Shown piece after piece: positions 1 to 9,369 of a stretch of DNA of 22,448 bases. The DNA comes from Candidatus Tenderia sp. (lineage in GTDB: Bacteria > Pseudomonadota > Gammaproteobacteria > Tenderiales > Tenderiaceae). The position numbers were made by a program, and so were the translations under genes. The notes under the pieces were generated by a model. It was given only the letters and a program-made list of their open reading frames with translations, was not told where the DNA came from and did not search any database. The stretch's first letter is position 1. Each line of letters begins with the position of its first letter. The stretch lies in the NCBI GenBank assembly GCA_031416075.1, contig JANOSY010000038.1:1-22448 (forward strand), read 5' to 3'.

Positions 1-110
1 CCGCAGTTCCCCCTGGGCCAGGTTTTTTGACGGGGTTGAACCTCCAAGAAGCAGACGGCCACTGTCCACGCGTTAGATGAGTATAGCTGCCCGCTGTTTC
101 TATGCATAAG
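1..110 (-). mobile_element. Probable non-coding left end of an IS110-family insertion sequence, continuing beyond the window edge
   Basis: Minus strand reads CT|TATGCATAGAAACAGCGGGCAGCTATACTCATCTAACGCGTGGACAGTGGCCGTCTGCTTCTTGGAGGTTCAACCCCGTCAAAAAACCTGGCCCAGGGGG. The GCGTGGAC..CCGTC..CTGGCCCAGGGG pattern resembles, from memory, the left ends of IS1663-like IS110 elements. There is a -10-like TATACT at 85-80 and a CT dinucleotide at 110-109 following a REP-like arm. No transposase lies in the window. Confidence 0.5.
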
Positions 111-155
111 GGGCACGGCAAACCGTGAGGGCCGTTTTTTAATATCTAACAAGGC

Positions 156-781
156 ATCATTGACTGCGCCATCATTCGGAGATAGCTCTTTGGCCTTTTC
201 AGCATACTTTCTCGCCTGAGACAGATCGCTCTCGCGCAGCAACCACGCCAGATTATTAATCACCGCAACGTTTTTCTCATCTAATTGAAGAACAGACTTG
301 TACACGTCAACGGCTTGTGTATTATCACCCCGCTCATGCTATAGACAATAGCAAGGGCATATTGAGTTCTAATCTCATTAGGATACTTTGCAACAGCCTC
401 AGTCAAAACTATGGCCGCATTCTCTTTATCATCCGCAGCCCAGTATGCTTGACCCAACTTATGCGCCAAAAGGGGGCTTGGCTTGCGTTTATAAAGGTCA
501 TCATACAGCTTCGCTGCCTGAGAAAACTGTTTCTCCCCCATAGCCACATCACCCTTAAGCATTACCAGAATATCTCCCGTCGGCATTAACGCCTCAGGCT
601 TTTTCAATGTTCCCTTAGCAGACGCCGTGCCCCCCATCTAACGCCATAGTAATCACCGCTATCAAAGATGGAACATGACTACCATCACGCTGTAACGCCG
701 TATTCAACGTAGAGCGTGCATCCTTCACCCAACAAGCAACACCACACAGAACCCAACTGCCAAAACCAACCGCTTTCCCAT
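156..781 (-). pseudogene. Degraded second PrsT-like TPR (lipo)protein gene with an internal deletion, frameshifts and a lost 3' end
   Basis: ATG at 781 gives MGKRLVLAVGFCVVLLVG then TGA (727-725) where a lipobox Cys is expected. Another frame continues VKDARSTLNTALQRDGSHVPSLIAVITMALDGG and shifts at a G6 run (635-630) into the listed ORF 637-281 (..KGDVAMGEKQFSQAAKLY..YALAIVYSMS). It shifts again at a G4 run (331-328) into GDNTQAVDVYKSVLQLDEKNVAVINNLAWLLRE..AEKAKELSPNDGAVND, which is colinear with the C-terminus of the adjacent PrsT (NNVAALNNLAWIY..AVMD). Confidence 0.85.
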
Positions 782-802
782 CTCCAGCCCCTAGTAATCA
801 CT

Positions 803-3580
803 CTACCGCTGAGCTTTATCCAACTCGACCTTCAGTGCTTCGACCTGTTGTCTGTCTGTCAATGCCGGATTGTCCAGCAACGACTTTACTTCCCTTTTTG
901 CTGCCGCAATATCGCCACTCTTAAAATAGCCATAAGCAAGATGATATTTAATATCCAACAAATGAGGAGCCTTGACACCTGCCTCTTTTAGAATATCAAC
1001 GCCACGTTTTACCTCACCTGTTTTCACCAGTGCCCACCCATAAGTGTCCATGACAGCGGGTGTCTGTTGAGCCATGTCGTAAGCCTTCTTGCCATATGTC
1101 AGCGCCTGTTTGTCACCCTTTTCAGCGTAGATCCAGGCGAGATTATTCAGCGCTGCCACATTATTTGGTTGTGACCGCAACACATTACTGTACTGATCAA
1201 CAGCCTTATCAAGGCGATTCTCAGTCTGGTGATCCACCGCCAACACCATACGCACGGTGACATCGTCCGGCTCTTTCGCCAGCCATTTTTCCAAAGGTTC
1301 CAATGCCCCTGCCTGCTTTTGCTGTTGCCGTAAACGATAGAGCTTTAAGGCCAGGGAGCTACTCAGCCCATTGTTAAAAGCGGTGTTATACGCCTTTTCC
1401 GCCCCGGCATTATTTGCTTGTGCAACGTAAATATCACCAGCAACCTCAAAGCCTATTCCCTGTTTGGGATATTGCGATTGCAACTCCCTTGCTGTCTGAT
1501 GTGCCTTATCATATTGCTTCAATTCACTCTGCAGCTTTGCCAGCAGCACTTGGGCTGGGACAAACCCTTTTTGGATTTTCAACGCAGAGTTAACACTATC
1601 AACAGCCGCTTGCAGCTGTTTATTGACCGCCTGGGATTCTGCCAACATCACCAATGCTTGTGGCGATTTAGGTTGCAGCTCCACAAGCTTGCGTAATGTG
1701 GCCGTTGCATTGCTCGAGTCATCATTAGCCAGATACACCTTACCCAACGTAACCAACGCCATAGGGTGTTCAGGATGAGCGTTAGCAACTTCACGCGCCA
1801 TATTTAACGCCTTCATTTTATCGCCCTGCATAAGATAGGCATTCACCAGCAACAGTGGAGGCTCAATTGAACTAGGATTGGCTTTTTTAGCTTTTTCTAT
1901 CCACCCCAAAGCTGCCTGGCGATCCCCATCAACCTCTGCCAGTCGCCCCATCGCCAACATTGCACCCAGATGGTTGGCATCCACTTTCAGTGCCTGTTGA
2001 TAATTCTGTTTGGCCAGCGTCTGATTTTTCTCCTGCAATGCCAGCTGTGCCAACTCCATATAAGCCGTTACAAATTTGGGATCAACCTTAAGCGCCTTTT
2101 CAAACTGTTTCCGCGCTGCAACAAGGTCACCTTTCTGCACATAAACTATTCCGAGCAAATTGACAGCCACTGCATTGGCTGGCTGTTTTTTCTCAAGTGC
2201 CTGTGCTGCATCAATTGCCTTGTTGATATTCTTCTGGCGCAAGTGTGCATAGACCAACAACATATCCGCCTGCAACAGATCTTCGTCCATGGCGACTGCA
2301 CGTTCCAAGTCGATAGCCGCAGCACCCGCATCACCCGCAGCAAGTTTGCTTAACCCCAACTGAGCACGGATCGAACCTGCATCAGGCGCAATCTCAACAG
2401 CTCGCTGCAGGTACTCTTCACCTCTTTTGCTCTCACCTGCCTGCATATAAGCACTGCCCAAAAGCGCTAATAACTGGGCATCTTTACTGTTTTTTTCTAC
2501 CACAACATCAAGTGTTTCTATCGCCTGCTGTGGTTTTTTTAACTTCAGATAAGTTCCCGCCAATGCTTTACGCGCGGGTATATGGTTAGGAACAGACTTG
2601 GCAAATCCCGAGAGGTAAAACTCAGCCTGTTCCAGATCACCCAACGTATAATGAATAACACCCAATAGCAGTTTGGATTGAAGATGGTTGGGTGATACTC
2701 TCAATACTTGGCTTAATGTGCTCTTGGCTAGATCGTACTCCTGACGTTTGAAATGAATTTCAGATTTAATGTAACCTGCCATGGGATGGTTGGGCACACT
2801 TTTCAAAATTCTCGTGATATCCGCATATGCCACATCAAGGTTCTGATTATTCACCTCAATCCCGGCCTTACCCAACAAGGCCTGAAGGTTTGTCGGGGCA
2901 ATTTTCAGCGCTTTAACAAACGCCTGCAACGCCTTATCGTTCTCACCTTTTTGCTGCAAAACAATACCATTTAATACGAGAGCATCCGCGCTACTCGGAT
3001 GCTGGCGCAGTGCCTTATCAACAATATCTGCCGCCCCATTTACGTCACCTTTCAGTAACGTTGCCCGCGCCGAACCCAGCAGAGCACCTTCCGCTTGTGG
3101 ATCACGCTTCAGCGCCTCCTGATAGCTTTTTTCAGCCTCTGCGGTAGCGCCGTCCATCAGATGCGCATCCCCTTGCAGGGCCATGATTTCTGCCTGTTTT
3201 TTAGGGGAATCACTTGCGCTCACAACAATATCTTTCAACAACTGTTTAGCTTTGCCTTGCATAAGGTATGACTGTGCCAGCAAAGGGTTAACGTCACTCT
3301 TCGGTGCACCCTGCTGTATTGCTTTTTTAAATTCATGCTCCGCTGCTGGTGCATCCAGCAGCTTTAAATATGACTGCCCCATTAACAGTCGCGCTTCCGC
3401 TGTTTGCGGCGATTGTTGCAATATATTTTTCAGATGAATAATCGTCGTACGATAATCACCACTGTTATACGTTGCATTGGCTTTTGCCAATAGTGCCGCA
3501 ACATCATCCGCCGCCAACACCGCAGAACTCAAGCAGAGCGTAACAACAGGCAGCCATAAAAACCGTCTTGTAAACTTCAT
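803..3580 (-). CDS. prsT: PEP-CTERM system TPR-repeat protein PrsT
   Basis: About 925 aa made almost entirely of TPR repeats, with an N-terminal 'IIHLKNILQQSPQTAEARLLMG' and a C-terminal 'LNNLAW..DTYGW' typical of PrsT. It lies directly downstream of prsK/prsR. Start placed at ATG 3580 (MKFTRRFLWLPVV.. signal peptide, AGGGG upstream) rather than 3619. Confidence 0.9.
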   Translation of the reverse strand: MKFTRRFLWLPVVTLCLSSAVLAADDVAALLAKANATYNSGDYRTTIIHLKNILQQSPQTAEARLLMGQSYLKLLDAPAAEHEFKKAIQQGAPKSDVNPLLAQSYLMQGKAKQLLKDIVVSASDSPKKQAEIMALQGDAHLMDGATAEAEKSYQEALKRDPQAEGALLGSARATLLKGDVNGAADIVDKALRQHPSSADALVLNGIVLQQKGENDKALQAFVKALKIAPTNLQALLGKAGIEVNNQNLDVAYADITRILKSVPNHPMAGYIKSEIHFKRQEYDLAKSTLSQVLRVSPNHLQSKLLLGVIHYTLGDLEQAEFYLSGFAKSVPNHIPARKALAGTYLKLKKPQQAIETLDVVVEKNSKDAQLLALLGSAYMQAGESKRGEEYLQRAVEIAPDAGSIRAQLGLSKLAAGDAGAAAIDLERAVAMDEDLLQADMLLVYAHLRQKNINKAIDAAQALEKKQPANAVAVNLLGIVYVQKGDLVAARKQFEKALKVDPKFVTAYMELAQLALQEKNQTLAKQNYQQALKVDANHLGAMLAMGRLAEVDGDRQAALGWIEKAKKANPSSIEPPLLLVNAYLMQGDKMKALNMAREVANAHPEHPMALVTLGKVYLANDDSSNATATLRKLVELQPKSPQALVMLAESQAVNKQLQAAVDSVNSALKIQKGFVPAQVLLAKLQSELKQYDKAHQTARELQSQYPKQGIGFEVAGDIYVAQANNAGAEKAYNTAFNNGLSSSLALKLYRLRQQQKQAGALEPLEKWLAKEPDDVTVRMVLAVDHQTENRLDKAVDQYSNVLRSQPNNVAALNNLAWIYAEKGDKQALTYGKKAYDMAQQTPAVMDTYGWALVKTGEVKRGVDILKEAGVKAPHLLDIKYHLAYGYFKSGDIAAAKREVKSLLDNPALTDRQQVEALKVELDKAQR

Positions 3581-3670
3581 GATCCATGCATCCCCTATTT
3601 TTTGCCATCTACGTTTCATGTATTAAGGCGTAATACTGTACCACCTCAAGACATTTGACTGAGCTGACTA

Positions 3671-5035
3671 TTATTTGAAGCCGTATTTATTCATCAGGTC
3701 ATATAACGTCGGCCGACTCACCCCAAGCATTTCAGCGGCCTGAGATATATTGCCATCACACAAACCTAAAACACGCCTGATAGCAACGCTCTCTGCCGCC
3801 TCCCTGACTTCACGCAGATTCAAGGGCATAACCTCCTGCTCTGATACAACCTCCAACTCAAGCTCTTCAGCACTTACACAGCTATCTTCAGCCATAATGA
3901 CGGCGCGTTTGATCCTGTTTTCCATCTCACGAACATTACCAGGCCAAGTATGGCTAGCAATAGCACATGTGCCATCATCAGTAAATCCACGTAAATTACG
4001 CCCATGCTCACGGGAGAATCTATCTAGAAACACCTTTGCCAACAGCAACGCATCACCTTCACGTTCACGCAGTGGAGGAATGTTGATGGTAATTTCACTG
4101 ATTCGGTAGTATAGATCTTCACGGAACAATCCCTGCTTGACCTGATTGGTCAGGTTTTGATTGGTAGCGCATACCACCCGCACATCAACGGGGATCTCGG
4201 CACGCCCACCCAAACGCTCTATCACGCGTTCCTGTAAAAATCGCAACAACTTAACTTGAAGCAATCCAGGAATATCACCAATCTCGTCCAGAAACAGCGT
4301 GCCCCCATCAGCATATTCTATTTTGCCTTTGGTCTGTTTGACTGCCCCCGTAAACGCTCCTTTTTCATAACCAAAAAGCTCACTTTCGAGTAATGTTTCT
4401 GGAATGGCGCCACAATTAATGGCCACAAATGGCCTTTTAACACGCGGGCTTAAATCATGCAGTGCCCGGGCCAATAATTCTTTACCCGTGCCACTTTCAC
4501 CCAGCAACAACGTGGTGGCGTTGGTTGGGGCTACCTTTTCAACCGTACGACAGACCTTGATCATCTGCGGGCTGGTGGCCAGAATACCATCGATTGCGGA
4601 TGTTGCAATCCGTTGAATCAGCTGTCGATTCTCCTGCTCAATCTCATGCAGATTGTAAGCACGTTGAACTATCAACCCCAGTACCTCCGGATCAACGGGC
4701 TTTTGATAAAAATCATACGCGCCTCTGGCAATCGCCTTCACCGCATTTTCACGCTCATCATTCCCGGTAACAACAATCACTTTGGTCGACGGCGTCAGTG
4801 TCAATATCTCCTCAAGCGCTGCCAAGCCTTCACTGGCATTGTCCGGATCGGGTGGCAGCCCCAGATCCAACAACACCACCGCAGGCTCATGCCGACGCAA
4901 CAGCATAATGGCTTCTTCGCGATGGCTGGCAATTAACACCTCATACCCATCAAAACACCAGCGCATCTGGCTCTGCAGACCGGGATCATCCTCAACCACC
5001 AGGATTTTCTGTTGTATCTGTTTTGAGCGACTCAA
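3671..5035 (-). CDS. prsR: PEP-CTERM-box response regulator PrsR (NtrC-family sigma54 activator)
   Basis: Receiver domain ([15 protein letters not shown]), AAA+ Walker [15 protein letters not shown] loop, Walker B LFLDEIG, WPGNVRE and a C-terminal Fis-type HTH. TTG start with GAGGTG upstream. Located between prsK and prsT. Confidence 0.93.
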   Translation of the reverse strand: MSRSKQIQQKILVVEDDPGLQSQMRWCFDGYEVLIASHREEAIMLLRRHEPAVVLLDLGLPPDPDNASEGLAALEEILTLTPSTKVIVVTGNDERENAVKAIARGAYDFYQKPVDPEVLGLIVQRAYNLHEIEQENRQLIQRIATSAIDGILATSPQMIKVCRTVEKVAPTNATTLLLGESGTGKELLARALHDLSPRVKRPFVAINCGAIPETLLESELFGYEKGAFTGAVKQTKGKIEYADGGTLFLDEIGDIPGLLQVKLLRFLQERVIERLGGRAEIPVDVRVVCATNQNLTNQVKQGLFREDLYYRISEITINIPPLREREGDALLLAKVFLDRFSREHGRNLRGFTDDGTCAIASHTWPGNVREMENRIKRAVIMAEDSCVSAEELELEVVSEQEVMPLNLREVREAAESVAIRRVLGLCDGNISQAAEMLGVSRPTLYDLMNKYGFK

Positions 5036-5044
5036 GCCATCACC

Positions 5045-7174
5045 TCATCTTGCCTCTAACTGTTGTGACCCAATAACATGTTGGCTCAGCCGCGGAATGT
5101 ATAATTGGAATAACGTCCCAACCATGGGCGTACTGGTAACACGCACATCACCGCCAATACCGCGCAAAAATTCACGGCACTCATACGCACCAATCCCCAT
5201 GCCAGTGTTTCCTTTGGTCGTATCAAACGGCTTAAAAAGCCGCTCACGAATAAATTTTTCATCCATGCCGCAGCCATTATCCTCTATTTCAACGATAACA
5301 TTCCGTTCAGCTAGTTTCAGACGAACCTTAAGCCAGCCCTCCTTTGCTGTGGCCTCTTGCGCATTTTGTACCACATGCTCAACAACTGCCGCCAATCGAT
5401 CACGCTCAGCAACAACCATCACATCACTCACATCATCACCGACATACAACTCCGGCAGAGGATATGCTGCTGCACGATGCTCAACCACCTCTTGCAGAAG
5501 TGGCAACAGTTTAATTGCAACGGCGCTCTGTTGAACCGGCCGCCCCTGGCGCAGCTGAGCCAGCATTTTTTGCATTTTAGACACTGCATGATCAACCGTC
5601 ACCATCGCATCAGCCATAAACGCCGGATTATGACCAAAGCGCTTTGCATTTGCCGTCACCAACGAGAGCTGACCAACCACGTTTTTCAAATCATGCACCA
5701 CATAAGCAGACAACCGATTGAAGGCCTCAAACTGCCTCGCAGATGCCAATGCTGCACTCGCCTCCGCCAATGCCAGATAACTAGCCGCTTGGCTCGCCGC
5801 CGTTTTGAGCAGATCACGATCTTCCCAGTTAATCTGCCGTGGCGCGCGCGGCTGCTGCAGGAGTAACAGGGCACATAGACAATTCTCCTGGAATAACGGT
5901 ATTAACAACCACACTTTGGGAATCTGCTCAACCCAGTCAGGCATTTGCAGATCCACGTATACCTCAGGGGTGTCACGATACTCATTCATATCGATCAACC
6001 ATTTTTTCTCCTCCATAAATACTACCAGAGCATCATCAGCCATCACACCCTGAGGCAGCGAGGCATTCCAGTTCACAGCAACCGTATAACTGCTCGTACC
6101 CTCTTTCACCCATAAAACTCCGCCGGGGCTATCCACCATATTAGCCATGGCCCGTACCACCCGTTCACGGACATCTGGCCCGGACATATCGCTTGCCAAA
6201 GCGGCGGTAAAATTCAGCCACTGGTCACGATAATCATATTTATAACTAAAAAAATGCTTGCTCAAAAAAACTTTAAACCGGGAGCGGATCTGGCCTGAAA
6301 AGAGGAGCACCAGCAACACCAACCCTGCACCAAAGAAAAAGATAAGCTGCGCTACAGTGCCCCACTCCCCTCCCCAATAACGGATAAAATAACCACCCGC
6401 TGCCATGACAAGCAGATATCCACCCGTTGCCAATACAGCCACACTATGAAAAACCACCCCACGCGATACAAACAGGTCGAGCGACCAGACCGGATTACGT
6501 GCGGCCGCTATCGCAATCAAGGGCACGGTCAATAGTTGAATAAAGCCACCCGCATCCCAAATGTAAATATCAAGACGACCCAGCAGTACTGCATCAGCAT
6601 ACATATAAAAATCGTAGGCAAAACCGCCTCCCAACCCCAGGCAAAGATATTTTATTGCCCAGCGCTGTTCGGGACGGGCATTACGAAACAGCTGCTCAAC
6701 CAGAGCCAACCCAACAATTGCCAGTAACAGGTGCCCAGACAGACGCAGATCATATCCAACCACACGAACCAGCCATCCTGGCCAGAACCACTCAGCAACA
6801 TGCCATATTGTTAAACTGCCACACAGCAGCAGCAGCCCGTTAGCAATCCAGCGTAACCGCGATGAGAGACGCCATGATGTCGGTTGATCGCCCAGCCCTG
6901 AAACCAGCAGCCGCAACAAAAACCAGAACCAGAGGCCATCACGCAGCACTTTGAGAAGAAAAATCAATAATAAAAGGGGATAATCATAGATTGATTGAAT
7001 AGCAAGTGTGCCCGCCCAAAGCATGGTGGCACTGACGGAGGCTAGAAACAGGCCGCCTTGCAAACGACCGCGCCAACTAGTGATAAGCAGCAGGACCAGC
7101 GCCAAATTGGCCAGCGCGGCCATACCGTAAGCAACCACGCCAATATTGATGGATCCGTCATTCAACAGCCCCAC
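5045..7174 (-). CDS. prsK: PEP-CTERM system sensor histidine kinase PrsK
   Basis: Multi-TM N-terminus, the 'FLSKHFFSYKYDYRDQWL' motif, a GAF-like region, H-box 'FNRLSAYVVHDLKN', and HATPase boxes DNGCGM / FDTTK / GMGIG. 709 aa. Confidence 0.93.
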   Translation of the reverse strand: MGLLNDGSINIGVVAYGMAALANLALVLLLITSWRGRLQGGLFLASVSATMLWAGTLAIQSIYDYPLLLLIFLLKVLRDGLWFWFLLRLLVSGLGDQPTSWRLSSRLRWIANGLLLLCGSLTIWHVAEWFWPGWLVRVVGYDLRLSGHLLLAIVGLALVEQLFRNARPEQRWAIKYLCLGLGGGFAYDFYMYADAVLLGRLDIYIWDAGGFIQLLTVPLIAIAAARNPVWSLDLFVSRGVVFHSVAVLATGGYLLVMAAGGYFIRYWGGEWGTVAQLIFFFGAGLVLLVLLFSGQIRSRFKVFLSKHFFSYKYDYRDQWLNFTAALASDMSGPDVRERVVRAMANMVDSPGGVLWVKEGTSSYTVAVNWNASLPQGVMADDALVVFMEEKKWLIDMNEYRDTPEVYVDLQMPDWVEQIPKVWLLIPLFQENCLCALLLLQQPRAPRQINWEDRDLLKTAASQAASYLALAEASAALASARQFEAFNRLSAYVVHDLKNVVGQLSLVTANAKRFGHNPAFMADAMVTVDHAVSKMQKMLAQLRQGRPVQQSAVAIKLLPLLQEVVEHRAAAYPLPELYVGDDVSDVMVVAERDRLAAVVEHVVQNAQEATAKEGWLKVRLKLAERNVIVEIEDNGCGMDEKFIRERLFKPFDTTKGNTGMGIGAYECREFLRGIGGDVRVTSTPMVGTLFQLYIPRLSQHVIGSQQLEAR

Positions 7175-7232
7175 CCCCCTTATTCTTATTCACACCCTAT
7201 TCCGCAAGTTCTGGCCGGAACCACGCCGCATG

Positions 7233-8624
7233 CTAACGGGCACCCTGCCCCCACAACACAACCTCAACGGTTTGAAAGAGAATAAGGCAATCGAGGAAAA
7301 GGCTGTAATTTTTAACGTAATAGAGATCATATTGTAATTTTTCCACAGCATCCTGTTCCGAGGCCCCATAAGGGTAACGGATCTGAGCCCACCCGGTAAT
7401 CCCCGGTTTTACGCGATGCCGCTCAGCGTAATAGGGGATCTTCTCAGTCAGTTTCTCAACAAACTCCGGGCGTTCAGGGCGTGGTCCGATAAAACTCATA
7501 TCTCCCTTCAATACATTCAATATCTGCGGCAGCTCATCAATTCGGGTCCGGCGAATAAACTTTCCGACACGGGTGACACGGGCATCATTCTTTTTAGCCC
7601 ACTGGGGTGCCCCCCCTTTTTCTGCGTCTACCACCATGCTTCTGAGCTTGAGCACTTGAAACAGCCGCCAGTTCTGCCCCACCCGCACCTGACGATAAAG
7701 AATAGGGCCGCGACAACCACTCTCCAGCCAGATAGCAATGGTTGCCAGCACGATCAACGGCAGTGCCAATAACAGCAACATCAGACTGGCTGCAATATCA
7801 AAACTACGCTTTGCAACTAACTGCATGCCCGCCTGACGAAAACCATCGGAAAAGATGAGCCAACTGGGGTGGAGCGTTTCAAGACGTACCTTGCCGGTCT
7901 CCCGTTCAAAAAATGTCTGAGCATCCACCACATCAATACCACTCATTTTACAATCCAGCAGATCCTCCACTGGAAAGGATTTACGCCGATCCTCCACCGC
8001 CACCACAATCTCATCAATCAAATTGCGTTGCACATAATCGAGCAGCGGCACATCAAGATGAATCACACACTCCTCCGGCATAGCATCATGCTCACCGGCC
8101 ACATGCACAAAACCAACAATGGTATACCCCAGATAATCAACCTTGCGCCGCAACTGTTTGAACTGCTCTGCACGCACACCTGCCCCCAGCACCAATACCC
8201 GCCGCTTCAGATTCTCATGACCTACCACGCGGAAAAAGACAATACGTGTCACCACAATCGCCGCAATAGCGATCGCAAACGACCAGGCAAATACACCACG
8301 CCCCACAGACAGATATGGGAATAGATAAAAAGCGACACTCATACCGGCCAATGCCAGCAACATGCTCAACACCAGCCTAAGCACCACCCCGTTAACCCCT
8401 TCGCGGAAGAGGTTTTTATATAACCCCATCATGGTCAAGGCTATAAACATGATCGATGTAAAAAGTAAGGCCTTGGGCCAGAGCGGCTCCAGCCCTGCGG
8501 TTGGCTCCCCCCCTAAAAAGCGTATCTCCACACCAATATAGATAGAGAACCATAACAGCAGCAGCTCAATGCCTATCAACATAATTAACAACGAGGGAAC
8601 ATAGTGTCTAAATATTCTGAACAT
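7233..8624 (-). CDS. PEP-CTERM/XrtA-associated polyprenyl-phosphate sugar transferase (TIGR03013-like, WcaJ/WbaP family)
   Basis: N-terminal 'MFRIFRHY' with several TM helices, and a C-terminal Bac_transf domain (KRSFD, YRQVRVG, DELPQILNVLKGDMSFIGPRPERP, VKPGITGWAQI, KLQYDLYYVKN). Sits upstream of prsK. Start at ATG 8624. Confidence 0.9.
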   Translation of the reverse strand: MFRIFRHYVPSLLIMLIGIELLLLWFSIYIGVEIRFLGGEPTAGLEPLWPKALLFTSIMFIALTMMGLYKNLFREGVNGVVLRLVLSMLLALAGMSVAFYLFPYLSVGRGVFAWSFAIAIAAIVVTRIVFFRVVGHENLKRRVLVLGAGVRAEQFKQLRRKVDYLGYTIVGFVHVAGEHDAMPEECVIHLDVPLLDYVQRNLIDEIVVAVEDRRKSFPVEDLLDCKMSGIDVVDAQTFFERETGKVRLETLHPSWLIFSDGFRQAGMQLVAKRSFDIAASLMLLLLALPLIVLATIAIWLESGCRGPILYRQVRVGQNWRLFQVLKLRSMVVDAEKGGAPQWAKKNDARVTRVGKFIRRTRIDELPQILNVLKGDMSFIGPRPERPEFVEKLTEKIPYYAERHRVKPGITGWAQIRYPYGASEQDAVEKLQYDLYYVKNYSLFLDCLILFQTVEVVLWGQGAR

Positions 8625-8743
8625 GGGGGTCAAAATCCAATTTCAAACCAGAAATCTATATCACTGCAAACACGGCACTTATCGTCTGACCGGCAAAAGT
8701 AGATCACGTCAAAACCAGAAAAACAACGTGGGTTTGCCACCAT

Positions 8744-9217
8744 TTATAAACATTCATCAATACCACTATTCTTCAAACCCCATGCAAACAGCGAGAACAC
8801 CCGCTGATTGGCCTTGCGTAAACGGACCACCAGCGTTGTCATCAACTCTTTGATAATCGGGTAACCGATTTCCGGATGGGCATCCAGAAACTGCAATAAC
8901 GCCTCGCCATTAAATACTGCCAACTCAACATCCGTCACGGCAATAACCGTTGCAGAACGTGGCTCATCATCAAACAGCGCCAGCTCACCAAACAGCTCGC
9001 CTTGTGCTAACTCACTAAACCCCGGCCTTATGCGACGCTGCTCATCCAGACCAACATTCCCCACCACCCTGACGGATCCGGTAAGGATAAGGTAAATATC
9101 ACGCCCCTTCTCACCCTCATGAAAAACAACACAATTAGCGTCAACGCGGTGTCGGTGCCAGTATACACCCTCCTTTGCTTTAGAATTTTCTAATAAACTA
9201 AATAGCAGAGATGGCAT
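8744..9217 (-). CDS. Stand-alone cyclic-nucleotide-binding domain protein (no HTH)
   Basis: VFHEGEKGRDIYLILTGSVRV..GELFGELALFDDEPRSATV is a cNMP-binding beta-roll with a phosphate-binding cassette. 157 aa, ending after the C-helix with no Crp HTH. AGGGG RBS. Confidence 0.85.
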   Translation of the reverse strand: MPSLLFSLLENSKAKEGVYWHRHRVDANCVVFHEGEKGRDIYLILTGSVRVVGNVGLDEQRRIRPGFSELAQGELFGELALFDDEPRSATVIAVTDVELAVFNGEALLQFLDAHPEIGYPIIKELMTTLVVRLRKANQRVFSLFAWGLKNSGIDECL

Positions 9218-9369
9218 AAAGCCCCCTTTAACAATACGTTAGTATCACCGTTAACCCTATTCAACGATAGTAAAAAGAGCGCTAAACACCAAAAGAAGGC
9301 AGACGAACAGAGAGCACTTTGGTATGTTTGGAACACTTAATTAAGACCAACCCATTAATAAGGAAATCT

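Noticed and set aside
110-140. GGCAAACC hairpin as a c-di-GMP-I riboswitch
   Set aside because: The rest of the motif (GAAA tetraloop stem, GACGCAAAGC, second stem) is absent.
281-637. 118-aa ORF as an independent TPR gene
   Set aside because: It is an internal fragment of the prsT-like pseudogene. TPR similarity continues in other frames on both sides, and its last ~15 residues are out of frame.
725-727. TGA at the lipobox Cys position as selenocysteine or readthrough
   Set aside because: The TPR-like continuation is in a different frame, so a deletion junction explains it better than recoding.
4782-5534. 250-aa plus-strand ORF across prsK/prsR
   Set aside because: It is an antisense shadow of two well-supported genes, Ser/Arg-rich and without motifs.
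8634-9369. Sigma54 promoter or ops/JUMPstart element in the intergenic regions around the cNMP gene
   Set aside because: I found no convincing TGGCAC-N5-TTGC match and no GGCGGTAG element by eye.
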